A DNA stretch of 64,000 nucleotides from Candidatus Curtissbacteria bacterium (GTDB taxonomy: Bacteria; Patescibacteriota; Microgenomatia; Curtissbacterales; GWA2-41-24). Position 1 is the first letter of the stretch. The number at the start of each line of letters is the position of its first letter. The translations under genes and the position numbers were made by a program. Location of the stretch: assembly GCA_016183325.1 (NCBI GenBank), contig JACPEV010000009.1:1303-65302 (forward strand), written 5' to 3'. A model generated the notes under the pieces. It was not told where the DNA came from and searched no databases. It was given only the letters and a program-made list of their open reading frames with translations. Shown here piece after piece: positions 19,431-28,274 of the stretch.

Positions 19431-20208
19431 TCGCATAAAAGCTATTCTTCTATCGGAGTTTTTTATAACAAAAAGATCCCTTGAGGTAATTATGGATCTA
19501 TTCTTCTTCTCGCTGATGGCCACAATCGTTTTCGGTTTCGTCTCGGTTTTCTTAGCAAGTTCCATCGACTCTACTGCTGCTCATTACCTTTTTCTCGGCA
19601 TAATACTTATGGAAGTTATTCGCGTTACCCAATACTCGATTTCGGTTTCAGCCCTTTGGGAAGTTTGGTCGAGAAATCTCAGCAATGTATTCATCACCCC
19701 TTTATCGCTCAAAGAATACCTTTTCGCTCTTTTTTTGTCCGGTGCTGCTAAATCACTTTTAACATTTACAGCAATCTCATTAATATCAACGCTCATTTTT
19801 AAGTTCAATATCTTCTCAGCATGTTTTCATAATCTTGCATTATATTTTGTAAATCTAACTATTTTTTCTTGGTCGATAGGCTTGTTCATTTTAGGTTTTA
19901 TTTTCCGTTTTGGAACCAGAATTCAAGCTCTTGCCTGGGGATTGATTTTTTTAGTTCAGCCCTTAACCGCCGCGTTTTTTCCAGTCAATATTTTACCGAG
20001 TCCACTACAAGTAATTGCTTACTCACTTCCGCCAACTTACATCTTCGAAGCTGCTCGGGGAAATTTGGAAAATCCTTCAGTTAATTGGAATTTAATAGGA
20101 ATGGCAGCAGCACTTAATATTTTCTATTTTGCCCTCGCCCTTTGGTTTTTCAACATTATGTTTAAAAAATCAAAACAAACCGGCCAATTCGCAAAACTAG
20201 AAGGGTAG
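19420..20208 (+). CDS. ABC-2 type transporter permease
   Basis: ~6-TM hydrophobic protein overlapping the ATPase gene. Confidence 0.75.
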   Translation: MSTDRIKAILLSEFFITKRSLEVIMDLFFFSLMATIVFGFVSVFLASSIDSTAAHYLFLGIILMEVIRVTQYSISVSALWEVWSRNLSNVFITPLSLKEYLFALFLSGAAKSLLTFTAISLISTLIFKFNIFSACFHNLALYFVNLTIFSWSIGLFILGFIFRFGTRIQALAWGLIFLVQPLTAAFFPVNILPSPLQVIAYSLPPTYIFEAARGNLENPSVNWNLIGMAAALNIFYFALALWFFNIMFKKSKQTGQFAKLEG

Positions 20209-20379
20209 CAAATCGACAATATTGGACGCTTATCCTGAGAAAATCGAAGGGAACTTCGAACAATTTTGTCTCAAATTACAGTTAGTGTCAAAGATTTTGA
20301 TTTTCTTTCGAGAAGCTGCCTAAAAGATTAATAACAGTTTTCTATATCCTTTTATCTATTAAAAATAATTTTGTCTTTT

Positions 20380-20661
20380 TTATACTTCTGTTATTTTACC
20401 CCTTTGTCTCAATATTTGTAGATATTCATTATTAGAAAGATCACATCTTTTGTAATCATTTAATCGTGTAATGCTTAAACCTAGTTGTTTTGCTATGAGT
20501 GGTATATCTTTATCCTTTATTCCTGAATGGGAGCGTTTGGTTTTAAGTATGTATTTATTTCGATAAAAAATGTGATAAAAATAATGGTCGTTAGTATCTT
20601 CTTCTACTGTAAAAACTTCTTTTAGTTTAGTAATTATCTGATTAAAATCATGGATTCTCAT
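20380..20661 (-). CDS. HicA-like putative toxin (93 aa)
   Basis: KRSHSGIKDKDIPLIAKQLGLS resembles the HicA/YcfA ...H...GTLksIlKQaGL C-terminal signature; last gene of a 3-gene minus-strand operon. Confidence 0.4.
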   Translation of the reverse strand: MRIHDFNQIITKLKEVFTVEEDTNDHYFYHIFYRNKYILKTKRSHSGIKDKDIPLIAKQLGLSITRLNDYKRCDLSNNEYLQILRQRGKITEV

Positions 20662-21044
20662 TACCTTACGTTTTCAAGATAGTCTCTTAAAAATTCCCAA
20701 TACTTCACAGCAGAAGGTCCAAGACGATTTTCACCCACATCTTTTAACTTTTTATACAATAAAGCAATTTGCAACTTAATATTAGCGAGTGCTTTTTCCA
20801 AATCTTTGTCTCTTGCCCATAATTCAAGCTCATTTTGTTCAACATAATAATCTTCTCCGTCGAAATTTACGTTGAAATATATGGGTTTATGTAAAAGTAA
20901 GTTGGAGTCCAGACTATAGATAGAATTAATACCTGCGATTGCTATGTCTGGGGCAATAAATTTAGGCGTACTATTAGATAAAGTTCCGACGCTGTAAATC
21001 CACTGACTGAACTCGTCGGATTTTTTAGTATAATTTATGTCCAT
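20661..21044 (-). CDS. HicB/UPF0150-like domain protein (putative antitoxin partner, 127 aa)
   Basis: HKPIYFNVNFDGEDYYVEQNELELWARDKDLEKALANIKLQIALL matches the HicB N-domain pattern kYpvv..e.d.GgY.a.vPdLpGc...G.TleEAlen.keAi; 1-nt start/stop overlap with the downstream gene. Confidence 0.4.
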   Translation of the reverse strand: MDINYTKKSDEFSQWIYSVGTLSNSTPKFIAPDIAIAGINSIYSLDSNLLLHKPIYFNVNFDGEDYYVEQNELELWARDKDLEKALANIKLQIALLYKKLKDVGENRLGPSAVKYWEFLRDYLENVR

Positions 21045-21046
21045 GG

Positions 21047-21334
21047 TTATTTATCCTCCTTTTTTTCCAGCTGGCTCCTAAGAGCTTCTAGAAATGCTTT
21101 TGCGATTTCTAAAGGTAAAACTATCTCTGACAACACTGGAATTCTTGTTTCTTTCTCTTTTTTTATTTTTTCTAATTCCCCTGGGTTAGCTGGTGGTTTT
21201 AGATCACAAAATTTTATAGATACATCTAAACCAGTTTTTGTTACCTCAACGTAGTTTGAATAAATACGCTGACTTCCGTCTGGGCGGTAAGCGATAATTT
21301 TTAATGGTACAGGCTGTTCATTTTTATTGGCCAT
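21047..21334 (-). CDS. DUF3467-like small protein (95 aa)
   Basis: YSNYVEVTKTGLDVSIKFCDL ... RIPVLSEIVLPLEIAKAFLEALRSQLEK fits the DUF3467 pattern from memory; first gene of the 3-gene operon. Confidence 0.35.
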   Translation of the reverse strand: MANKNEQPVPLKIIAYRPDGSQRIYSNYVEVTKTGLDVSIKFCDLKPPANPGELEKIKKEKETRIPVLSEIVLPLEIAKAFLEALRSQLEKKEDK

Positions 21335-21492
21335 ATCTCCCTTTTAGTCTGACCGAAAGATACCACAGTTGCAACAACTACTTCAAGAAGGGATCATTTT
21401 AACAACTCACATCCACTTCCGATGTGAACCAGCTTTGCACATCGGCAATTAATTACGAATCCAAAGTCGACAATACTGCACGAACTTCGAAT

Positions 21493-21612
21493 TTAAATAA
21501 TTGGTCGACCGAATTTTATTAAATTTTCTTTCTTTTCTCTTCGCCATTTTTTGATTTGAGCTTCCCTTTGTCTTGCTTTTTTCAGTGTAGGATATTCTTT
21601 ATATACGAGTCC
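21493..21612 (-). pseudogene. C-terminal remnant (~39 aa) of a small GIY-YIG (UPF0213-type) nuclease gene
   Basis: GLVYKEYPTLKKARQREAQIKKWRREKKENLIKFGRPII matches the GIY-YIG C-terminus (ELVYyEef.tkseAlkrEkqiKkWsRaKKeaLI). The upstream in-frame sequence is tRNA-derived (GSSPASPT); no GIY...YIG N-terminal half in any frame. Confidence 0.5.
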
Positions 21613-21615
21613 AAA

Positions 21616-21668
21616 AGTCGGAGAGGCGGGACTCGAACCCGCGACCCCCAGACCCCCAGCCTGGTGTG
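21616..21668 (-). other. tRNA-like 3' fragment (anticodon arm CCAGG-CTGGGGG-TCTGG, canonical T-arm GCGGGTTCGAGTCCCGC, 3' acceptor strand) with no 5' acceptor/D-arm
   Basis: Minus-strand reading ...CCAGGCTGGGGGTCTGGGGGTCGCGGGTTCGAGTCCCGCCTCTCCGA; no complementary GGAGAGG within 150 nt. Confidence 0.35.
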
Positions 21669-21671
21669 CTA

Positions 21672-21734
21672 GCCTCAGCCAAAGGCTGATCGTCCTCTGG
21701 ACAAAACTGTCAGCCAAAGGCTGATCGTCCTCTG
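21672..21734. repeat. Tandem duplication of a 28-nt unit (tcagccaaaggctgatcgtcctctggac x2, 7-nt spacer)
   Basis: Exact copies at 21672-21699 and 21707-21734, adjacent to the tRNA-like fragment. Confidence 0.8.
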
Positions 21735-21766
21735 GACGAAACTGGAAACAACAAATCTTGCTAAAT

Positions 21767-21843
21767 ATGTCGGGGTACTCGGTTCCGCCCCGAGGACCTC
21801 ACGCACCCCATGCGTGCGCTCTGCCTATCTGAGCTATACCCCG
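21767..21843 (-). tRNA. tRNA-Pro (anticodon GGG); T-loop non-canonical (GGCGGAA)
   Basis: Minus strand CGGGGTA-TA-GCTC-AGATAGGCA-GAGC-G-CACGC-ATGGGGT-GCGTG-AGGTC-CTCGG-GGCGGAA-CCGAG-TACCCCG-A; 7-bp acceptor, 4-bp D, 5-bp anticodon and 5-bp T stems all pair; no encoded CCA. Confidence 0.7.
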
Positions 21844-21959
21844 AACAGAATGAGGGGTATATCAGACGTAGTGCTGATTTACCCCGTCTTGGTAAAGAGG
21901 ATTATATTTTATCACTAAACGTTTGACAATAAAATCTGCCCCATTTCATAATTAAAATA

Positions 21960-22200
21960 ATAACTCATGTTACGCAAACTTCCTTGTCATTCCCATGAAA
22001 ATGGGAATCTATATGCATAAAGAGTCGGGATTCCCGCTCTGGAATTAATAAATTCCGAGTCGTAGACTTACGCGGGAATGACAATGCGTAAGGTGAGATA
22101 ATAACTATGACGATACGAATCATCGTAGTTAAAGTTCGGCTGACCTTACCCCACTTTGGTAACAGATGATGATAGTCTTCAGATAAAAAGGGCAAAGTTC
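21960..22200. other. Highly structured ~240-nt noncoding region between tRNA-Pro and recA (multiple gggaat/attccc inverted repeats)
   Basis: ttacgca...ttgtcattccc (21963-21995) pairs with gggaatgacaa tgcgtaa (22073-22090); internal palindromes ggaattaataaattcc and acgatacgaatcatcgt; only a spurious 76-aa antisense ORF. Confidence 0.4.
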
Positions 22201-22266
22201 GGTACTTGTATTTTTAGCTAATCTATAGTAAAACTAGTCTGAATTCACACTGCCCAGATCTTGTCA

Positions 22267-23337
22267 ATGACAGTCTCCGATGCCAAAAAGCAAGCCATTT
22301 TAACTGCCATTTCCCAAATCGAAAAAGCCTACGGAAAGGGTTCCATCATGAAGATGGGCGAACATATTGGCAAATTAGATGTCGAAGTTTTGAGTACCGG
22401 TGTCTTACCGGTTGATTTGGCTCTGGGAGTTGGCGGTCTGCCAAGGGGCCGAATTATTGAAATATTCGGACCGGAAGCATCCGGTAAAACCACTTTAACA
22501 CTCTCGCTAATTGCTCAAGCGCAAAAAAACGGAGGTACCGCAGCTTTAATCGATGCCGAACACGCCCTCGACCCTCTTTGGGCTCAAAAGGTTGGCGTAA
22601 ACCTTGATGATCTTTTGATTTCTCAGCCGGATACTGGTGAACAGGCACTGGAAATCGCCGAAACCTTAATTCGCTCGGGTGCGGTAGATGCTATAGTAGT
22701 TGATTCTGTTGCGGCCCTAGTTCCCAGGGCAGAAATTGAAGGCGAGATGGGTGATTCCATGATGGGTGTTCAGGCAAGGTTAATGTCTCAAGCTCTAAGA
22801 AAATTAACAGGGGCAATTTCCAAATCCAAAACAGTTGCCATCTTCACCAATCAACTAAGAGAAAAAATAGGAGTTATGTTTGGTAATCCTGAAACTACTC
22901 CGGGTGGCCGTGCTCTTAAGTTTTACTCATCTGTCCGGCTCGACACCAGGAAGATCGAGAACATAAAAGAAGGAGATCGCGTAATCGGGTCACGTCATCG
23001 TGTCAAGGTCGTCAAGAATAAAGTCGCACCCCCATTTAGAATAGCTGAATTTGATATCACAGGCGAGGAAGGAATCTCCAGAGAAGGTGGTCTTCTGGAC
23101 GTTGCATTAGAACTTGGTTTAGTTACAAAATCTGGAGCGTTCTTCAGGTGGAACTCAAAACTCATTGGCCAGGGGAGAGAAAGCGCAAAGGCTTATTTTA
23201 CAGAACACAAAAAAGAGGCTCAAAGTCTTGAAAAAGAAATCTGGGCCAAGGTTAAAAAAGGTCTTCCCCAAAAACCTGTTGTGACAAATTCAGAATCCGA
23301 AGACGAGGGAATCCTGGAAGAGATAGTTGCTGCCTAA
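22267..23337 (+). CDS. recA: Recombinase RecA
   Basis: GPEASGKTT Walker A and full-length RecA similarity; ATG at 22267 preferred over TTG at 22261. Confidence 0.95.
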   Translation: MTVSDAKKQAILTAISQIEKAYGKGSIMKMGEHIGKLDVEVLSTGVLPVDLALGVGGLPRGRIIEIFGPEASGKTTLTLSLIAQAQKNGGTAALIDAEHALDPLWAQKVGVNLDDLLISQPDTGEQALEIAETLIRSGAVDAIVVDSVAALVPRAEIEGEMGDSMMGVQARLMSQALRKLTGAISKSKTVAIFTNQLREKIGVMFGNPETTPGGRALKFYSSVRLDTRKIENIKEGDRVIGSRHRVKVVKNKVAPPFRIAEFDITGEEGISREGGLLDVALELGLVTKSGAFFRWNSKLIGQGRESAKAYFTEHKKEAQSLEKEIWAKVKKGLPQKPVVTNSESEDEGILEEIVAA

Positions 23338-24001
23338 AGTGCCGCAAATTACTGCAATCGAACCTCAGAAATCGTCTAAAAGACGAAAAAGCCGCTTCAA
23401 CATTTACCTCGACGGTAATTTCGCCTTCGCCGTTGATGAAAACACTCTCGTCAAAAATAACCTTCGGATTAATCAGCAAATCACGCAAGAGCAAGTCGAA
23501 AAGTTACTAAAAGAGACTGTTCTTTCCAAATTCCAAGATTTAGCTCTCAGGTTTTTATCATACCGCCAAAGGAGCGAGAAAGAAGTCAGAGATTATCTCA
23601 CGAACAAAATCGCCAAAAAGGAAAATATTAAATATCAGGAAGCTAAAGAAAGCCCCTTAATAGAAAAAATCATCTCCAAGTTAAGAAGATACAATTATCT
23701 CAATGATCGCCAGTTTGCCAAATGGTGGATTGCCGCGAGAAAATTTCGTCCAAAAGGATTAAATTTAATCAAGCTTGAACTTATCAAAAAAGGTATTGAC
23801 AAGGATATAATAGAAGAAGTTCTAAGTGGCTCAGGCAGTCAACTCGAACTGGCCCAAATTGCCCTCACAAAAAAAATCAAAAAATTCCAAAAATTACCAC
23901 CTATCGAGTTGAAAAAGAGAGTCTATCAGTACTTATCAAATCGAGGTTTTGATTACGACACTATTAGGCAGGTGTTTGCACATTTAGTCAAAAAGTTGTA
24001 G
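23327..24001 (+). CDS. recX: RecX-like regulatory protein
   Basis: Overlaps the recA 3' end; N-terminal [14 protein letters not shown]...AFAV and helical repeats typical of RecX. Confidence 0.7.
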   Translation: MLPKVPQITAIEPQKSSKRRKSRFNIYLDGNFAFAVDENTLVKNNLRINQQITQEQVEKLLKETVLSKFQDLALRFLSYRQRSEKEVRDYLTNKIAKKENIKYQEAKESPLIEKIISKLRRYNYLNDRQFAKWWIAARKFRPKGLNLIKLELIKKGIDKDIIEEVLSGSGSQLELAQIALTKKIKKFQKLPPIELKKRVYQYLSNRGFDYDTIRQVFAHLVKKL

Positions 24002-24107
24002 AATTTAGTGTAGGAAAACTGAAGATTAAGAAGTAAGTTTTTAAAGATGACATATTTAGTCACAACCGAGTCTGGCTCGGTCGCAACTTTCTTCAAAAAC
24101 TTGATTC

Positions 24108-24135
24108 AAGCCTAATTTAGGCTTTTTCTTCTTGC
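24108..24135 (+). terminator. Rho-independent terminator after recX
   Basis: aagcc-taattta-ggctt hairpin followed by tttttcttctt. Confidence 0.6.
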
Positions 24136-24151
24136 GGTTTTCCAAATACAA

Positions 24152-25687
24152 ATGGCTATAATGGACGTTTTTAAAGACCAGTCAAATAAAAGACGGGGTC
24201 AAAGGAACCAAAGTTCAAATCAAGACTTTTCAAACAGGTCAAAGAAAGTCGTGGTTTCCGTGGGCAGACAAAATCCAAGACCCCAGCCACCGCAAGATTA
24301 TCAATCTTCACGGGAAATTATCCAGGATGCCCGTGATGAAGCGTTCAGGATTAAAAAAGCCGTCGAGGAGGAAGCTGCCAAAATCCGCCAAGAATCTTTG
24401 GAACTGGAAAAGAGAATTGCTCAAAAAGAAGAAACAATTTACTCAAAACTTTCACAACTTGAGAACAGTGAAAAAGAAATAGAGAGATATAAACAAGCCC
24501 TCACAAAAAAAGAACAAGAAATTGAAACACTTCGGGATAATCTCATTAAGGAATTAGAGAAAGTTGGTTCTCTGACGCGAGAGGAAGCGAAAAAACTGAT
24601 TTTAGAAAATCTGGAAAGTCATCTCAAGGATGATGTTGCCAAAAAAATAAAAGAGGCAGAAGAGGAAATCAAAGCAACAAGTCAACAAAAAGCTAAAGAC
24701 ATCATCGCCAACGCCATGATTGCAGGAGCAACAGATTGGGTTGCCGAGTACACTGTTTCAACAGTTAAGTTGGAATCGGATGAAATGAAAGGCCGCATAA
24801 TTGGAAAAGAGGGCCGTAATATTCGAGCGTTTGAGTTGGCAACCGGTGTTGATGTTGAACTCGATAGCGAAATCCCCAACGAAGTTAGGCTTTCTTCTTT
24901 TGATCCTATAAGACGCGAAGTTGCCAGGATTGCCCTTGAGATGCTGGTCAAAGATGCCCGTATTCAACCAACCAGAATCGAACAGCTGGTTCAAAAAGCA
25001 AAACAGATGGTTCAGAGTGATATGTCCGAAGCCGGTCGTCGGGCTGCCCAGAGCTTGGGACTCTACAATTTACCCCAGGAAGCCTTAGATACTTTAGGTC
25101 GCCTTAAATTCCGCTATTCTTATGGCCAAAATCAACTGATCGCTGCAGTCGAAACAGGTAGTATCGCCAAAAAACTTGCAGAGGAGTTAGGGGCTAAAAT
25201 GATAGTTTGTGCTACAGGTGGCCTATTCCATGATATCGGCAAGACTCAAGTTGACAAAGAAGGTACGCATGTTGAGTTGGGAGTTGAACTTGCCAAAAAA
25301 TGGAATTTCCCGAAAGCAATTATCGACTGTATCGCTCAGCACCACGAAGACGAACCATTCACCAGCATCGAATCGATTGTTGTACACTTATCAGATGCGG
25401 TTTCCGGCGCAAGACCAGGTGCTCGCCATGAACCGGTGGAAGAGTATATTAAAAGACTGGGAAACATTGAAAAAGTCGCCACAAGTTTTTCCGGTGTTGA
25501 AAAAGCATACGCAATTCAAGCGGGGAGAGAAATTAGGGTAATTGTCAAGCCTGACATCATTGATGATTCTAGCATTGTTAAGCTTGCTCACGATATTAGA
25601 GAAAAATTGGAAAAAGAATTAACTTATCCCGGCCAAATTATGGTCACGGTTATTCGCGAAACCCGGGCAGTCGATATTGCCAAATGA
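24152..25687 (+). CDS. rny: Ribonuclease Y (KH + HD domains)
   Basis: KH motif IIGKEGRNIRAFELATGVDVELD; HD motif FHDIGK...HHE; long N-terminal coiled coil. Confidence 0.85.
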   Translation: MAIMDVFKDQSNKRRGQRNQSSNQDFSNRSKKVVVSVGRQNPRPQPPQDYQSSREIIQDARDEAFRIKKAVEEEAAKIRQESLELEKRIAQKEETIYSKLSQLENSEKEIERYKQALTKKEQEIETLRDNLIKELEKVGSLTREEAKKLILENLESHLKDDVAKKIKEAEEEIKATSQQKAKDIIANAMIAGATDWVAEYTVSTVKLESDEMKGRIIGKEGRNIRAFELATGVDVELDSEIPNEVRLSSFDPIRREVARIALEMLVKDARIQPTRIEQLVQKAKQMVQSDMSEAGRRAAQSLGLYNLPQEALDTLGRLKFRYSYGQNQLIAAVETGSIAKKLAEELGAKMIVCATGGLFHDIGKTQVDKEGTHVELGVELAKKWNFPKAIIDCIAQHHEDEPFTSIESIVVHLSDAVSGARPGARHEPVEEYIKRLGNIEKVATSFSGVEKAYAIQAGREIRVIVKPDIIDDSSIVKLAHDIREKLEKELTYPGQIMVTVIRETRAVDIAK

Positions 25688-25694
25688 ATCGCAT

Positions 25695-25722
25695 TTGACA
25701 AAATCAATCTTTAGATTATAAT
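25695..25722 (+). promoter_or_regulatory. Consensus sigma-70-like promoter (TTGACA-16 nt-TATAAT) upstream of hup
   Basis: ttgaca 25695-25700, tataat 25717-25722. Confidence 0.6.
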
Positions 25723-25787
25723 AACAATCAATAATTCTTATTCGGATACATTGGGATTATTAATAATTCGGATAAATTCGTATTTAA

Positions 25788-26060
25788 ATGACCAAAAACG
25801 AACTCATCGAAAAAGTAGCCAAAAAAGTGGGTCTCACTAAAAAGGCCGCATTTGAAGCTGTTAACGCAGTGTTTGGCAATATCAAAGAAGGACTCGCCAA
25901 AGGTGACAAAATTGTCATTTCCGGGTTCGGAACATTCAAAGTGAGATCCAGAGCAACACGAACAGGAAGGAATCCGCAAACCGGCTCATCAATCAAAATT
26001 GCCGGCCACAAACTCCCAGGCTTCACCGCCGGCAAAACCCTTAAGAGATTAATCAAGTAA
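25788..26060 (+). CDS. hup: DNA-binding protein HU
   Basis: MTKNELIEKVAKKVGLTKKAAFEAVNAVF...GFGTFKVRSRATRTGRNPQTG... HU. Confidence 0.95.
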   Translation: MTKNELIEKVAKKVGLTKKAAFEAVNAVFGNIKEGLAKGDKIVISGFGTFKVRSRATRTGRNPQTGSSIKIAGHKLPGFTAGKTLKRLIK

Positions 26061-26075
26061 ACTATTTGAGGAATT

Positions 26076-26381
26076 TTAGGCCGCCTTTTTACCAAGGCGT
26101 TCTTGACGAAGCGCAAAGGCTAAAGCTGAATGTTCTGGAGTCAATTTTGTAACTGCCGGTTTATCCGAAAGTCCCGTTGACGATGGTGAACCTGTTCTGA
26201 TTGAGGTGACCTGCGGTGTCAGTATATCATCCTCCGGGACATCTACGATCCGACCGTCAGTTGCCTCAATTTCTTGCCTAATTGCCCTAATCTGTCCTGC
26301 AATATAAGCATCAGAACTTGGTGGTTCTGTTGTCTGACCACCAAGGATTCTCTCTTTGTTATTTACGTCGTGTTCAGGCAT
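26076..26381 (-). CDS. Hypothetical low-complexity protein (101 aa), convergent with hup
   Basis: ORF only; weak RBS; shares a bidirectional hairpin cgcctt...aaggcg with the hup 3' end. Confidence 0.3.
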   Translation of the reverse strand: MPEHDVNNKERILGGQTTEPPSSDAYIAGQIRAIRQEIEATDGRIVDVPEDDILTPQVTSIRTGSPSSTGLSDKPAVTKLTPEHSALAFALRQERLGKKAA

Positions 26382-26465
26382 ATTTCAGTTCTCTTTTTAT
26401 ATGCCGCACTATACAACTTTTGGGTCCCAAAGTCAACGAAAAATTTTATGCTAGAATTAAACAAC

Positions 26466-27446
26466 ATGGCCGTTATTGAGGTTAAAAATTTAACAAAAAT
26501 TTTTACCGTTTATCAAAAAGAACCAGGAATCTTGGGAACTTTCAAATCACTTTTTGGGCGCAAATACGAAGAGATCAAGGCAGTTGACAACATCTCTTTT
26601 TCGATCGAAGAAGGCGAACTGGTCGGTTTTATTGGTCCCAACGGCGCCGGCAAAACCACTACTCTCAAATGTCTCTCAGGCCTTCTTTATCCGACAGGCG
26701 GTGTTATCAACGTTTTGGGTTTCCAACCTTGGCGAAGAAAAGCTGATTTTCTCAAAAAAATCGCCTTTGTCATGGGACAGAAAAACCAGCTTTGGTGGGA
26801 TCTGCCCCCAATGGAAACTTTTGTTCTCAATAAAGAGATTTATGGACTGTCTGACGAAAAGTTTAAAAAAGTTCTGGGCGATCTGGTAGACCTTCTTGAC
26901 CTTTCTGACTTACTGAAAGTTCCGGTCAAAAAACTTTCGCTTGGTCAGCGCATGAAATGCGAACTGATTGCATCACTGCTTCATTCCCCTCAAGTGCTCT
27001 ATCTTGACGAACCCACAATAGGTTTAGATGTAGTTATGCAGAAAAAACTTCGCGATTTCATACGTGATTATAACCACAAGTATAAGGCAACCATAATGTT
27101 AACCAGCCATTATATGGCAGATGTCGAAGCGCTTGCCAGGCGAGTGATCATCATCAATCGCGGCAGGATCCTATTTGACGGCGATCTTACATCTCTTATC
27201 AAAAAACATGCACCTTATAAGCTCATAACTTTGGTTCTCAAAGAGCAAGTTGCCCGTCAGAAGTTTGAGAAACTAGGAAAAATTAAGAAATTTTCCTATC
27301 CAGAAGTTGTCCTCAAGGTCGAAAGTCATCTGTCCAATAAAATCGCAGCTAAAATCTTAGAGAATTTTCCAGTCGATGATTTAAATATTGAAGATGCCGA
27401 CATCGAAGAAGTTATTAGAGAAATCTTCCAATCTCAAAATGAATAA
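26466..27446 (+). CDS. ABC transporter ATP-binding protein (ATPase with C-terminal extra domain)
   Basis: GPNGAGKTTT, LSLGQRMK, LYLDEP; start taken at MAVIEVKNL (ATG 26466; alternative 26448); the long upstream ORF extension is judged spurious. Confidence 0.85.
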   Translation: MAVIEVKNLTKIFTVYQKEPGILGTFKSLFGRKYEEIKAVDNISFSIEEGELVGFIGPNGAGKTTTLKCLSGLLYPTGGVINVLGFQPWRRKADFLKKIAFVMGQKNQLWWDLPPMETFVLNKEIYGLSDEKFKKVLGDLVDLLDLSDLLKVPVKKLSLGQRMKCELIASLLHSPQVLYLDEPTIGLDVVMQKKLRDFIRDYNHKYKATIMLTSHYMADVEALARRVIIINRGRILFDGDLTSLIKKHAPYKLITLVLKEQVARQKFEKLGKIKKFSYPEVVLKVESHLSNKIAAKILENFPVDDLNIEDADIEEVIREIFQSQNE

Positions 27447-28233
27447 ATATTTTCAAGTTGCCAAAAATACTTGGGATGAAACAGTCAGTTACCGACTGAA
27501 TTTTGTGATGTGGCGCATTCGAGTTGTTTTACAAATAATCACCCTCTACTTTTTATGGCTTTCAATTTTACCAAAAGATACGACTTTTCTTGGTTACAAT
27601 CAGTCTCTTATGCTTACCTATATTCTTGGGACATCGCTTTTGGCAGCTTTTGTTCTTTCTTCAAGAAGCTACAGCGTCGGTGACGAAATCAATCAAGGCA
27701 ATCTCTCCAACTTTCTAATTAAACCCATTAATTATTTTCTTTATCATTTCGCCAGGGACGTCGGTGACAAATCCATGAACATTGTTTTTTCAATTTTCGA
27801 ACTTACAATTTTATTTCTTCTGCTGCGCCCACCCATTTTTATCCAAACCGATCCATTCTTTCTATTTTTGTTTCTGATATCAGCCATTTTGGCCTTACTT
27901 TTATATTTTTTCTTTAATTTTTTACTTGGTCTTGTCGGTTTCTGGAGCCCAGAAGTTTGGGCGCCAAGATTTATTTTCTTTATTGTTATTACCTTTTTTG
28001 CCGGGGGTCTTTTTCCACTAGATATTCTTCCAAAATCAGTATTTACTGTTTTTCAACTTTTGCCATTTCCTTATCTTCTATACTTTCCACTCAAAATTTA
28101 TTTAGGACAACTGCCACTTTTTGAAATTTTTAAAGGCCTGACAGTTTCGTTTATCTGGTTAATTTTAATGTATTTGTTAGTTAAATTTATCTGGAATGTA
28201 GGTCTTAAACTTTACACCGCTCAAGGACGATAA
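27439..28233 (+). CDS. ABC-2 family transporter permease 1
   Basis: Polytopic hydrophobic protein, overlaps the ATPase stop by 8 nt. Confidence 0.7.
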   Translation: MNKYFQVAKNTWDETVSYRLNFVMWRIRVVLQIITLYFLWLSILPKDTTFLGYNQSLMLTYILGTSLLAAFVLSSRSYSVGDEINQGNLSNFLIKPINYFLYHFARDVGDKSMNIVFSIFELTILFLLLRPPIFIQTDPFFLFLFLISAILALLLYFFFNFLLGLVGFWSPEVWAPRFIFFIVITFFAGGLFPLDILPKSVFTVFQLLPFPYLLYFPLKIYLGQLPLFEIFKGLTVSFIWLILMYLLVKFIWNVGLKLYTAQGR

Positions 28234-28274
28234 GAGGCGACACTACTGTCATCCTGAGCGAAGCGAAGGATCTC

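Noticed and set aside
21616-21960. tmRNA (ssrA) hypothesis for the tRNA-like 3' end
   Set aside because: The T-arm/acceptor resembles a tmRNA 3' end, but an intact tRNA-Pro lies within the ~350 nt where the tmRNA body would have to be. No GGGG...5' acceptor or tag-peptide reading frame was seen.
21965-22195. 76-aa minus-strand ORF upstream of recA
   Set aside because: It runs through a region made of stacked palindromes. The peptide is nonsense-like. The region is interpreted as structured RNA or repeats.
26274-26465. Long N-terminal extension of the ABC ATPase ORF (starting at 26274)
   Set aside because: The extension overlaps the convergent minus-strand ORF and has no ABC similarity. The canonical start MAVIEVKNL at 26466 (or 26448) was chosen.
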